Below are positions 13,201 to 25,865 of a stretch of DNA of 64,000 nucleotides, piece after piece (within the stretch, counting starts at the first letter, position 1; each line of letters starts with the position of its first letter). This DNA is from Macrostomum lignano (taxonomy: Eukaryota), in contig NIVC01002777.1 in assembly GCA_002269645.1 (NCBI GenBank), positions 77,259-141,258 of the forward strand, in the 5' to 3' direction. The notes below the pieces were generated by a model. That model ran no database searches and was not told the DNA's origin. It saw nothing but the letters and a program-made list of their open reading frames with translations. Both the position numbers and the translations under genes were made by a program.

Positions 13201-16200
13201 CAAGGGCGGGTCCGGGGACACCGGCCATGGCAGGCAGGGAGTTCCGCAGCGCAGCGGGTACCAGGAAGGATCTGGCGAGGAAGTTCAGGTTGCTGTCGTC
13301 CAGGCCGAACCTGGCCAGCTTGGCCGCCGTCTCCGGGTCCTTAGCGGCAGGCTCCAGGACGTGCCGCCTATGACACGGGCACAGCTGCTTAGCCAGCTTG
13401 TTTTCCCTGTGCAGCGCGTTGTTGCAAATGTGAATGTCGGGGCAGCGGGCATCGGAACACCCGCTGTCTGTGTTGTACTTGGCGCACACAGTCGGGTGGC
13501 TCGCACGCAGCAGCTCGAAGACCTTCTGGATGCCGACTGCGCCGAGGCCAATGCGGGCAAGCAGCTGCGGGCGAGTGAATGATTAGATGATGGCTGTGAT
13601 GACGAGTACAGCTGAAGCTGCAGGTGACTGATTGGATGATGGCTGTGATGACGAGTACAGCTGAAGCTGCAGGTGACTGATTAGATGATGGCTGTGATGA
13701 CGAGTACAGCTGAAGCTGCAGGTGACTGATTGGATGATGGCTGTGATGACGAGTACAGCTGAAGCTGCAGGTGACTGATTGGATGATGGCTGTGATGACG
13801 AGTACAGCTGAAGCTGCAGGTGACTGATTGGATGATGGCTGTGATGACGAGTACAGCTGAAGCTGCAGGTGACTGATTGGATGATGGCTGTGATGACGAG
13901 TACAGCTGAAGCTGCAGGTGAATGATTGGATGATGGCTGTAATGACAAGCAGGTGAATGATTGGATGGCTGTGATGACAAGCAAGTGAATGATTGGATGG
14001 CTGTGATGACAAGCAGGTGAATGATTGGATGATGGCTGTGATGACAAGCAGGTGACTGATTCGATGATGGCTGTGATGACGAGTACAGCTGGAGCTGCAG
14101 GTTACTGATTGGATGATGGCTGTGATGACAAGCAGGTGACTGATTGGATGGCTGTGATGACAAGCAGGTGACTGATTGGATGGCTGTGATGATGAGCACA
14201 GCTGGAGCTGCAGGTGATAGTGGGAAATCGCAATGACAGCACAGAACAGCAGTTATTGACAGCATGAAACAGCACAAAACAGTAATAACTGACAGCATAA
14301 AACAGCAATTACTGACAGCATGAAGCAGCACAAAACAGCAATTACTGACAGCACAAAACAGCAATTACTGACAGCACAAAACAGCAGCTACTGACAGCAT
14401 GAAACAGCACAAAACATCAGTTACTGAAAGCACAAAACAGCAGTTATTGACATCAGGAAACAGCACAAAACAGCAATTACTGACAGCACAAAACCGCAAT
14501 TACTGACATCACAAACAGCAATTACTGACATCACAAACAGCAATTACTGACAGCATGAAGCAGCACAAAACAGCAATTACTGACAGCACAAAACAGCAAT
14601 TACTGACAGCATGAAGCAGCACAAAACATCAGTTACTGACAGCACAAAACAGCAGTTTACAGTTACAGACCTCCTTATTGCGCGCATCCCCCAGTCCGTG
14701 AACCAGACCGCACTGTCCATTGTGCACCCTTCCATCTGGGTCGCCCAGCCACCACAGACAGAAGTGCAGCCGCTTGCACTTCGGATTCGTGCAGCTGTCC
14801 TTGGCGCCATTGTAGAACTGGCAAATTCGAACACAAGGATAAGCATTGAGCCGCCCCTCACACAGAATGAGCTTCCCGCCTGGCTGATCCGACAGCCACT
14901 GATCCAGTGGGAAATTTGATTCCAATGCGAATCTCTCCAGGAATTCTGGCACCGTGGCGCTGCCGCCTGTAGTCAGCAGGAAGTTCAACACATTGTCCAG
15001 CGTCAGCAATGGCGCTGACTGAATGTGCCGAAACACATGGTCAAAGTTCAGAGCGTCCTTGTATAGGTCCTGCTTCTCTGGCCCAGCCTGTTAGTAAGGA
15101 AAACAAAGCTTTCAGTGACTATAGGGAGGCTTTTTACTGACTATAGGGGAGCTTTCACTGACTATAGGGGAGCTTTCACTGACTATAGGGTAGCTTTTAC
15201 CGAGTATAGGGGAGCTTTGACACAATCGGAAAGCAATCTATTGAATGCATTAGCTAAATGTCAATAGCTTTCATCGTTAAAAATGTGATCAATATTTCCT
15301 CAAATTCCTTACAATGTTTTCCGGCAAACTCTGTGGCGGTCCTAAATCTTTCAGATATTCCGCCTCTTCAATGTCGATTCCATCTGCCTTTTGACCGTCG
15401 TCCTCTTCTGTAACATCGACCAACAAATCGTCATCGACAAAGTCGCCATACGAAGCAACGTCCGATTCGTCAGCGTTGTCGTCGTCCAAGTCGCCGACGC
15501 TCGACTGGTTGTCGCCGACGCTGGACGCGGCTGAGGTTAACGACTCGGCTCGGCTGCTAATTCCAGCGTCGCCTGCGGCAGCTCCCTGCTGACTGCGACA
15601 GCGTCTGCAATGACAGGCGCGAGCTCTGCGCAGCTTGGCCTGGTCGTACGGGTCGCTCACCACAACGAATCGCCACGCCACCTGCAGTACACAATACACA
15701 CATTTCTGTATATTGTGCCGGTTCTCTACACGCGATGGCTACAAGCGAGGAGCGAACCTGCACTCAACACTCCTAGCCGCCTAGCTAGAGGGGGTGGGTG
15801 CACTAAGAATAATAATAATAATAATTGATTACACCTGCCCCAAATAGCAGATGCGCAACCGACAGCTCAGCCGCAGCTATTGCGCGGCGCATCTGAAGGC
15901 TGCGTACGGCTGTTCAGTCCAAGGACTGGGGGGGGGGGGGGGGTCACCGCACACAGCCTCAATTACCCCAGCTAATGCTGGCACCCATTTTACAGCTGGG
16001 TGAACTGAAGCAATGCAGAGTTGAGTGTCTTGCTCAAGGACACAAATTGTTCCAGTGGGATCGGGAATCGAACCCCCGACCTTCAAGTTGTAAGTCCGAC
16101 GCTCTAACCACTAGGCTACAACCCCTAAATAGTTGAGAGACTGAGATAATACCTTGACAATTCGATAGAACTGACTATTCTATATTTTAAAATATTTTGA

Positions 16201-16679
16201 ATACAGACCTGCACATCCACCCAGTCGGCAGGGATATGAATATTGCGCCGCGCAATAGCCTCTCGATCAAGCCGATGACTCAGTCGGCACTGCGCATCTC
16301 GTGGGCATTTCTTTCCTAGTGCAGTTGATGGACAGCAGTGCAAATTGGGACACTTGGCTGGTCCTAGACGACACTTTCCACGCCAATAGTGCGTGCAGGG
16401 TCGAACAAATGCTTGCCGAAGGATGTATCTGTGGCGCTGTGCCTCGCACTTTGGTGACAACTTTGGAAAATAGTGTTTCAATATATTCTCATTATGCATT
16501 GTCAGGGTTGAATGCGCCATTTTACAGTTGGACTCGGCTTTGCAATAGCCAGCCAGCCATCTTGAGCATATGTGGAGACTGCAGCACTGTTTATCCTTGC
16601 AAATTGCAGCATTCCTATACATTGAGCACAGTTGTAAATTTTTGGGAAAATGAGTGCCCTGTTGATGCTTAGGAGGCAT
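10285..16679 (-). CDS. ZAP (ZC3HAV1)/PARP12-like protein, copy A: three 4xCCCH zinc-finger modules + ZnF5-WWE-WWE, no PARP domain seen
   Basis: Exons 16679-16209, 15681-15313, 15087-14671, 13564-12785, 12385-11916, 11305-~10285 (possible donor near 10325) join in frame at GT-AG sites. CxxLHxC finger pairs, winged-helix-like leaders ([14 protein letters not shown]), LCEEFL..C..C..H.VPYLWQW..W and NWRWFF..GAW..LEEAF..RRRP follow the ZAP/PARP12 pattern. Confidence 0.85.
12430..12690. repeat. 15-bp minisatellite (CAGAATCCCACAGCT family) in intron of ZAP-like copy A
   Basis: About 17 units; same unit as 39236-40215, inverted. Confidence 0.95.
13575..14665. repeat. compound minisatellite intron (49-bp array 13575-14215; ~23-bp-family array 14230-14665)
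   Basis: Tandem GATGGCTGTGATGACGAGTACAGCTGAAGCTGCAGGTGACTGATTGGAT, then ACAGCACAAAACAGCAATTACTG-type units; fills the whole intron. Confidence 0.95.
15110..15220. repeat. ~21-bp intronic minisatellite
   Basis: About 5 units of GACTATAGGGGAGCTTTCACT. Confidence 0.8.
15808..16125 (-). mobile_element. tRNA-derived SINE with CORE/Deu-like central domain and (TTA)n tail
   Basis: Minus strand begins GGGGTTGTAGCCTAGTGGTTAGAGCG (A box) ... GGTTCGATTCC (B box), then GTGTCCTTGAGCAAGACACT...CACCCAGCTGTAAAATGGG, and ends in an (AAT)n run at 15808-15825. Confidence 0.85.
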
Positions 16680-18429
16680 TGCTATGTAGATTGTTTATGT
16701 TTATAACATGAAACATAAAGCAGTATTTATTATAATGGTGTAAAAGGTTAAGTAGTATTTTGCAAATGTGTTATTTAATTTAATCAGGCCAATCAAAAGA
16801 TTATTAAAAACAAAAATAAAAATGCATAGTTGAAAAAAAAAGTTCTTTGTTTAGTGTAGCATTTCATTTTGAATGTATAGAATACCACTGATTAAAATCA
16901 TGAAAAATGACAAATTGAAATATGCTAAGAATATATAAGTATAGCACTTAGCCAATAATTTAGCTAGGTAAAGAGGCTACTAGACAAGGTAAGTCATAAA
17001 GTTATTGTTTTATACATCCATATCTGTGATAGATTCCAGAAAATATGGCTCAATTCTTTTTAAAAGACTTGAACAATTTGACTTTTTTCCCATTATGGTA
17101 CACGTGTAAGGCTTCTGAACTAATCCCATCATTTCACAAGGCTACCAAGTTGTGATAGGGGTATAAGATGATCTTATTTCTGACCCAAAGTTGTTACAGT
17201 GGTCTACTACTCTTACTAGCCTACTTATATATCTTTTATGCATAAGTAGAACTTATTAGCAGAGCATGTAGTATCTACTATAGCATTTGTACTACTTGTA
17301 TTTACTGGCCTGAGTGGCTATATGGCACTGTCTATCCTATTCCTATGTTCTATGTACTCCTATGATTCTTCTTCCAATTTTAGGGTTCCTTGAAGGAATA
17401 AAAAGATGAATTTCAATTGAAAACTTTCTAAGTTATAAGTTAATAACTGAAAGGCTCACTAATCACAAGCAAGGTTTTTGCTCTCTCAGTTTTTGGTCTT
17501 CTATTTATACTGGTTAAAAATCACTTTAAAACAAATTTACTTGTAGAATATTATTTGGAAACACTATAGTTGAACAAAATTGGGGCAGGAATTTAAATAT
17601 AATTTCTAAGAAACTTTTCTAAGAAATTTTCCAAGGCAATTTTCTAAGAAACAGCAAATTAGAATTGTAGCAAAACAGTTTTATACTATAAAAAGAATAT
17701 AAAGAACATATTATATTGCATTTACTGTGAAAAATGCACTACTTCATTAGAAGAAATTGACAAAGAAAAAGGAGTTTGGAATTGATGTAAAAATACAAAA
17801 AGAAATGCTAGGACCCTCTTATCTTAACAAATAAGACTAGAAGTAATACATAAGATACATATACTAGGGCCTACTAAAACCACCTAGGCTAGAATACATT
17901 GCCAGAAATGCTACTAGAATGACCAAAACTGCTACCATAAATGTAACTATTAATAAGAACTAGAAAAAGTAGCCATATTCTAGAAATATAATTTGCTAAA
18001 CATGAATGCATACATTGAAGTATAGGCTTACCTAGACCTATGACAGCTTTAATGGCATTAGTAAAATATTTATAAAAAAGGGAAAGCCCTAAGACAACTT
18101 GGTATTGGTGGCAGCAAGGATGCTAACCAATTTGGCAATAGAGATTCACTATGGATAAATTCAGCAAAGTATTTAAAGTATAAAGTAGTATAAACTATTT
18201 ATCTAAGCATAAGTCTGAGTATTGGTCTAAAGATTATTCTGAGTATTAAATTCTCATAGGTAGCATTCTCACTGTTATTTTGGTAGCATTCTTACTGTTA
18301 TTCTAGTAGCTTTCTTATTATTTTCTGGCCTAAGCAGTTTAGGGTCTACCTAGTATAAAATGGTTAGCATGGTTGTAACACTCGAGGACACTCGCACTGT
18401 CATAGCCTTCCAAAAATGACATTAAATGA

Positions 18430-18880
18430 CACTTATCTCTACTGTCACCAGCACGACACTGACATGCGACACTGCCCTACGACACTGGCCTGGACTGTTG
18501 CCAGCATGACACTGCCCTACGATACTAGCCTGGACTGTCACCAGCACGACACTGATATGCAACACTGCCCTATGACACTGGCCTGGACTGTCAGTGGCAC
18601 GACACTGACATGCGACACTGCCCTATGACACTAGCCTAGACTACTACCAGTATAACACTGACATACAACACTGCCCTAAGACACTCATCTAATACTCATC
18701 CAACACTCATTTGACACTTATCCGACATTCATCCAACACTTATGACACTCATCAGACACTGCCTAACACTCATCCAACACTGCCCAATACTCATCCAACA
18801 CTGCCCGACACTCATCTGACACTGCCGAAATTTATCCAACATTGCCTGACACTCATCTGACACCCATCTGACACTCATAG
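18430..18880. repeat. subterminal-type tandem repeats, mirrored in inverted form at ~21085-21335
   Basis: CACTGCCCTA(C/T)GACACTGGCCTGGACTGT and CTCATCCAACACT units; the reverse complement of the latter family (AGTGTTGGATGAG) occurs at 21085-21335. Confidence 0.8.
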
Positions 18881-18889
18881 TCTGAAGGA

Positions 18890-20454
18890 AAAGTCAACAA
18901 CTAAAAGAAAGAATAAATCGGCTGATAACGATAAGGTCAGCAGTAAAAACACTGCCTACTGGATTGTCTATTTTCAAAATCCAAAATGGCAAGTGGCTTT
19001 GGTTAGCCACAGCCAGACCCAATTTTCAAACAGTTGTGGCACCAAGGGTCAGCAGGAATACTCTGTGAGAGATGAAGTACGAGTTTGAGTAGCCAAAGGT
19101 GGTAACTCAAAGGCAGCCCTGCACGAAGCCACAATTTTAAGGGCCTATACTCCACTAAGGGAACAATCGGAAGTTGCCTTACAGTGCTATAGGCAATAGC
19201 CACTAGTACCAACCATCAACTTGGCAAGTAGGTGCACTTGTTACCCCTCTTTGCAGCAAGACCTTTTGAGTTTGTGTGCCAAAATAGAGAAAAACATGCA
19301 GATGCACATACATGCGCAACAGTCGGCCGAGTCGGCCGATCCGGCCGACCGATTTGGCGGCCAACCAAAGAAGTCGCAAAAATGCCCACCTAAAAGAACA
19401 CTAAGTAGTAGTACTAAGTAGCTGACGAGGCATTTTGTTTTTATAAGACAGTCATAGTTACTCCTGCCGTTTACCCATAGTTGCGTTAATTTTGCTTTCG
19501 GGTTTTTTTACATGTAAGTCGCATTTTTGGCCAATAACTACGTCGCATTTTTGTTAAAACTAAGTCGCACGGCCGACCGAATTTTGGAGGTTGCGCATAT
19601 ATGCAGATGCATGACAAAAAGTGTCACACTAAACATAGTCTGACTGCAAGCTACAAAGCTGAGCCGGAGAAGACTGCAGAGATCTTGCAATTGCAAAAAC
19701 AACCTGAGAAGTTGCGCTTGTCGGCGGCCACCAACAGACAAAGCACAGAAAAGATACTAGACAAGTATAAATGGAGCATCGAGATGCTCAAGACTGAGTG
19801 TCGCATCCTAAAGAAGTATTCACTGATGCCGTACTGGACAACTTGAAATCTAAATGTTGTCAAAGATAGCAAAAAAGTCATGGCTACAATCTCTCAGTCG
19901 CAGTCCAGAGATAACACTACTAGATTGCATGAGGCTACAAAAGTGCTGGAGAGTGCAGCAGTCTGCAGCATCATCCCAAATAGCAATAGTGCTGCAAATG
20001 ATGTCATTGCTACAGAGCAGTGGTCTGTTTAAGTTGGCAAGGATCTTCAACCAAGGCTTGGGTCAGTTATGCTAACCTGAATGCAGATGTCAAAATTCTA
20101 GCCAGTAGCCTTGCCACGGCAAAAGGAGCTTTTCTAGGCAATTCCCAGAAAACAAACAAGAATGGAAAGAAGGGTCGACAGAAGTCTAATACCATAGCAT
20201 TGGACAGAGGTCTGCAAGTTCTCTTCTAGGCATGTTTCACACCCAAGGAAATGGCCAAAATGTCTTACCAAGGAAGAGCCATCAAAGACAGCACCAACAG
20301 ACTAGCTGCCAATTAACATCAAAGAACAGCCATAGAATCTTATCTAGATGCAATGGGACTGAGAAGCATTGGTCTACGCAGAATTCCATATCTGTACAGT
20401 CACATGTTGGAAGCTGTGAGAAAGAAGATGAACATTGGTGACAACAATCAGTGA
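18890..20454 (+). pseudogene. decayed ORF with C-terminal BEN-domain-like region, probably transposon-borne
   Basis: One dominant frame with scattered stops, rejoined in frame when the MITE at 19307-19603 is removed. The C-terminus LQVLF*ACFTPKEMAKMSYQG...L...TAIESY...AVRKK resembles the BEN motif (LF-x-EE-x-S-x-G...AI...RK). Confidence 0.5.
19307..19603. mobile_element. hAT-type MITE, copy 1
   Basis: TIR CATA(C/T)ATGCGCAAC; perfect 8-bp TSD CAGATGCA. Confidence 0.9.
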
Positions 20455-20769
20455 TGGCGGCGAGAAGGCAGGTGATGGCGGCGATAAGGCATGTGATGGC
20501 AGCGATGAGGAAGATGACACTAGCAACAAGGCTGACATGGAAACTTTATGAAGTTTTCTAAAATGCAGTGACAGTGTATTAAGTGACCTAAATGTCTATT
20601 TGTGACCCAACATCTTTTTGTAAGATACTTAGTGAATAAATCCACAATTTGCTTAATACATAGATTAAGCAACTTACTTCTTTGGATACAAAATTCATTT
20701 GCTACTTCTTGATTAGCTTTGCTACACGAGTTTCAGGCAGTGTTGGATGAGTGTTGGGCAATGTTGGAT

Positions 20770-21082
20770 CATACATGTGCAACAGTTGGTCGATCTGACT
20801 GACCGATTTGGCGGCCAACCAAGGAAGTCACAAAAATGCTAACCCAAAAAATACCTAAGTTGTAGTACTAAGTAGCTGATGAAGCATTTTGACTTAATAC
20901 GACAGTCATAGTTACTCTTGCCATTTACCTAAAGTTGTATTAATTTTGCATTAGGGTTTTTTTTACATTTAAGTTGCATTTTCGGCCAAAAAATATGTCG
21001 CATTTTTGGCCAAAAACTATGTTGCATTTTTGTTAAAACTAAGTCGCATGGCTGACCAAATTTTGGAGGTTGTGCATGTATG
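20770..21082. mobile_element. hAT-type MITE, copy 2 (CpG-decayed)
   Basis: Same family as 19307; perfect 8-bp TSD TGTTGGAT. Confidence 0.9.
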
Positions 21083-22143
21083 TGTTGGATGAGTGTTGGA
21101 TGAGTGTCAGGCAGTGTTGGATGAGTGTTAGACGAATGTGGGATGAGATGAGTGTCAGATCAGTGTCAGACAAGTGTCGGATGAGTGTCAGATAAGTGTC
21201 GGGCAGTGTCAGATGAGTGTTGGGCAATATTGGATAAGCATTAGACGAGTATTGGAGGAGTGTCGGGCAGTGTAGGATGAGTATAGGATAAGTATCAGAC
21301 AAGTGTCAGATGAGTGTCAGACAAGTGTTGGATGACTAGTATCATTAGGTGGTGTCATTAGGCAGTGTCATTTTAGCCAAAAGTGGCAGTGCTAACAACT
21401 GTCATATTTTAAGTGTCAGTCATTATTGGTTTGTAAATTAGAAAGAAAGTTGTACCTTAAGTGTAAAGTAGCTTGGACACTAATTTTTAAAGAAAATATT
21501 CTTTAAAAATTATAAGAGTTTCACTAAACTTTAAAGTAACTGTCTTTGCTAAAAACTATTATTCTTTTTTTTACTTTTGTTTAAAATTTTCCAGCGTAAA
21601 AACAACCTTTTGGACTATGAAAAGTAGAACTTGAGTGCGCATACACTACATGGCATATAACCATGTTAAATGCATGTAAAAGTCAAATCCTGTCTCTGAT
21701 TCTGCATTAAACAGCTTCTTTGCATACGCATACAATGGAGTGCGCACACACCTTCTTTAAGAGCACACAAGTAGGCTCCTTTTCAGTACACAAGTGCGCA
21801 CAAATTTGATAAGCGCATACAAACGCATAACAACTTTTGTGCAAGAATTCCATCCTGGCAAAGTCTATAATAAGGTAGATTGTTTAATTGCTTTCAAGAA
21901 ACATATTTTGAAATTTCAAGGTTTACTGATATTGTTTATACAATAAAAATTATTAGCACAAAATATGACTAATATTTGTGTGTTCTTTGTAAGCTTATCT
22001 TATAAAGTATAGATTTAAAATTAAATGAGAATCCAATACTAACTAGATAAGTAGGCTAGGCTAGCTAATAATAATTTTATTTTTAATATAACTAACCCAA
22101 CTATTCATTAATCATTCAATGAAGTATTTCGAACTAATCTGAT

Positions 22144-22437
22144 CATACATGCGCAACCTCCAAAATTCGGTCGGCCATGCAACTTAGGCCTAGTTTTAAC
22201 AAAAATGCAACATAGTTTTTGGCCAAAAATGCAACTTACATATAAAAAAACCCTAATGCAAAATTAACGCAACTTTGGATAAACGGCAGGAGTAACTATG
22301 ACTGTCTTATTAAGTCAAAATGCCTCATCAGCTACTTAGTATTACTACTTTGGTATTTTTTAGGTAGGCATTTTTGCGACTTCCTTGGTTGGCCACCAAA
22401 TTGGTCAGCCGGATTGGCCGACTGTTGCGCATGTATG
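22144..22437. mobile_element. hAT-type MITE, copy 3 (inverted)
   Basis: Same family, opposite orientation; perfect 8-bp TSD AATCTGAT. Confidence 0.9.
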
Positions 22438-25249
22438 AATCTGATATAGGCCATGTTTAGGCACCTAGCATACCTTTATATAGAGGCCTAATTTATAATA
22501 ATATGGTAAATGAAATTTTATTATACATTGATAGTCAAAGTGAACGAATTAAAACTTCAATGTCGATTTTCTAAGCATTCATTTAGATTTAAATTACTGA
22601 ATTTTTAACCAATTGTGTAAAGCAGTTTGTCATTTGAATTGTTTTTTGGGGCAAGGTTTAACTTTAAGGGCCTGATTTTAGAGAAATTTGCTAGCCCAAT
22701 GCCAGCCCTGCACTAGCCCACTCAAACAAAAATTAAAACGCCTGGGAAATGAAGCCAGTATGATTTAATGAGCTGAAATCTTTTGGGGCATAACTTTTGG
22801 ACCATAGGCCCTAATCTATAAGATTTTATTAAAGCTGCATCTGGGGCATAATTTTAAAATTTTGACGCGGCTGAGACGCGGCTAGCGACATGGAGGTAGA
22901 CAATACTGGGACAACAGACAACAGTAGAACATATGCCATACATAAATATTACAAATGAAGATATTCAGTTGATGTTTTCAGCACTGAGGACTGAGGTCAC
23001 TGAGGAGTTTGTTCAATTGCGCCAATAAAACAGTCGCACAGAAATTAAAATAGCTATAACGCACAGTTTGTATTCTTATGCCGTATCGGCTTGACATGCT
23101 CCATGTTTGCTCCCGCTTAAAAAATTGAAGCCGATTCCTGGTTAAAATCCTAGTTAAACTGAATATTCAGGGTTTATCTAGGAATGAGAATGATCGAGAG
23201 TTAAGATCGCGTCCAAGTTAAACTGACGTTTGAATTCTTTACACTTTAACAAAGCACGGTCAAAAAAGTTGAAAAATGACTGTTAAAGTAAGCTAACTGC
23301 AAATAAAGTTGTATTTAAAATATTAGACTGAGCTTCATTACACACATATATGAAACACAGCATGAAAAGTAATAGATTTGAATGTTATCGCGCGCTCAGA
23401 CGCATGTTAATTTAATTTTATTTTAGTTAATTTCAAAGCAAAACGAAAAATATTTAAATTTGCAGATCGTCTCTGCACAGTTAAACAACATGCTATGCTG
23501 CGAGTATATTAAAACATCTTTGTTTGGAGTCAAACATTTATGGACTGACTTTTTGTGAAAAGTCAGTTTTGTGAAAAAACTTTGTCTATTTTGTGAAAAA
23601 ATAAGTAAGTTTACAAAAGCATGGCGTAAAAGTGCAGTAGCACAAACGTTTCATTTTTCGGATCTAAAAAAGCAAGGAATTCATTCTTTTATTTTCTTAA
23701 TTTTAACTGCTTAAACCGGAGTCGTACAGAAAGTGGCAATTACTCTACGCTGTAAAACTGCATCTATACATACGGACGAGGGGTTCAAAAAGTTTTGTCG
23801 TTCGCCTTTTTTGAGCAGAAATTTGATAAAATTGTTTTTTAACATAGCCTACCTTCTGCCGATCAATTAATGCACTTAAAAATCGGTCGCAGCGCCTGAT
23901 GTCACCGGTGTACATGTGTACGTGTAGAAATCTGCCGGTTGATTCTCCAGCCACTGGTTGGCGAGGGTTTAAGGGGTTATAGAGACCTACTACTCTTCGT
24001 TAGACTCGAAATGGGGTCATGGGTGGAGCGGCCGCTTGTATCTGTACATATATATGTAATTTAAGTTGACAGAGCAGCATGTATAAAAATAGGAGGGTGC
24101 CAGATCTGATAAGAATTGGCTGGATGACGGAGAGGATCGAGGATTCACATAGTGGTTGAGCTGGGGGCATTTTGTCGTGAAGTAGCAGGGTGCCAGCAAT
24201 CCCCTTTCCACTCTTCCTGGACAACTGCAGCCTGACAAGCCGCGGCCCAACAAAACGCAGCCCGGTGCAAAGTCCTCGTTTCCAGAACTGACTATAGACT
24301 GTGTACGTCCTTGCATGCCTCTCGCATATACAGCTAAATCGGCCATTTCTAGTACAGTTAATAAAAATTCGTTTGCAGACTGATGGAGTCCCTTCTCGTT
24401 AGTGCATGGGAGTCTCCCGCGGGGGTACTCCTGTACAGGTGACTGAGTGAGATGACCTTTAAGCATGTACCTTTAAGCAACCCAGTCCGCTGTCTAGATA
24501 ATGGGATCTTGGCCGCAACGTCAGCTACCGCACCATGCAGGAGGCAGCTACAGTCAAGGGGACGAGGCCTGGCGGCTGACATTTCAGTGCCTGGAGCCCA
24601 GGGGTTGCACAGGTGTACGTTCTCATGCAGCCTGAATTTACGTCATCAAATAATTGCAGTAGTATATTTTTTAGTCTTTATATTCTCCATTTACATGTAA
24701 CGCTTCTCCGTCCAAAAAACGATCTGACGGATACTGTATCAGAGTTTGCTCTTGCATGTGTTGCCCCCCTCCTCAAACTTTAATAATTTTCTTCTTCCGC
24801 CACGCCTGCAGTTGTGGAGTACACAGACTTTATCACTATTCGATGCTGTTGGCTATTTTAAAGTATATAATATATATTAACGAGTGTTCAGTACATTGTA
24901 TTTCTACCATTTTGTAAAGAAATCCAGAAGTGCTTGAAATTTTTGCAAAAAGATTCATAGTTACGATCAGCGTAAATTACATTATAGAGACATGAAAAGA
25001 TTTGATCAGACACTTCCCTAATATTCCTTACAAAATGTACAAAAAATGAGTATACAATTAAAAGAATTCATGAATTCAACAGGCACATATTCTTTCTAAG
25101 ACGGAACATAAGACTAGAGAACCATCTGCATCTCAATAGAACAGCGCTCTCCAGGCATTTAATATCTATACACATAATTTAACGATCAACGATGTTATAT
25201 TTATATACATTTTGGTTAGATGTACAATAAATCAGCTCGATGGATTAAG

Positions 25250-25865
25250 CGTCGGCGAAAGTTTACGTCGGCAATGTATTTAAAATGGGAAAAGTTAGCA
25301 TCGGCAAAAGTTTACGTCGGCAATGTATCTAAATGGGAAAATTAAGTTTGCGTCGGCAAAAGTTTACGTCAGCAATGTATCTAAATGGGAAAATTAAGTT
25401 AGCGTCGGCAAAAGTTTACGTCGGCAATGTATCTAAATGGGAAAATTAAGTTAGCGTCGGCAAAAGTTTACGTCAGCAATGTATCTAAATGGGAAAATTA
25501 AGTTAGCGTCGGCAAAAGTTTACGTCAGCAATGTATCTAAATGGGAAAATTAAGTTAGCGTCGGCAAAAGTTTACGTCGGCAATGTATCTAAATGGGAAA
25601 ATTAAGTTAGCGTCGGCAAAAGTTTACGTCGGCAATGTATCTAAATGGGAAAATTAAGTTAGCGTCGGCAAAAATTAAGTTTTGGCGTCGGCAAAAGTTT
25701 ACGTCGGCAATGTATTTAAATGGGAAAAGTTATCATCGGCAAAAGTTTACGTCGGCAATGTATTTAAGTGGGAAATGTAGCGTCGGCAATGTACGAGCGT
25801 ATTTAATTAAATGGGAAAATTAAGTTAGCGCCGGCAAAAGTTTACGGCGGCAATGTATTTAAATG
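25250..25865. repeat. 52-bp minisatellite
   Basis: About 11 units of GCGTCGGCAAAAGTTTACGTCGGCAATGTATCTAAATGGGAAAATTAAGTTA with degenerate ends; no spacers. Confidence 0.95.

Noticed and set aside
16050-16125. tRNA gene
   Set aside because: A/B boxes are present but stems pair poorly, and the sequence continues into a SINE body and (TTA)n tail.
24000-24700. Cluster of short GC-moderate ORFs
   Set aside because: No recognisable motif or consistent frame; probably a mobile-element remnant but not supportable.
25250-25865. CRISPR-like look of regular 52-bp arrays (also 61164-62430)
   Set aside because: No unique spacers, eukaryotic context, no cas genes.
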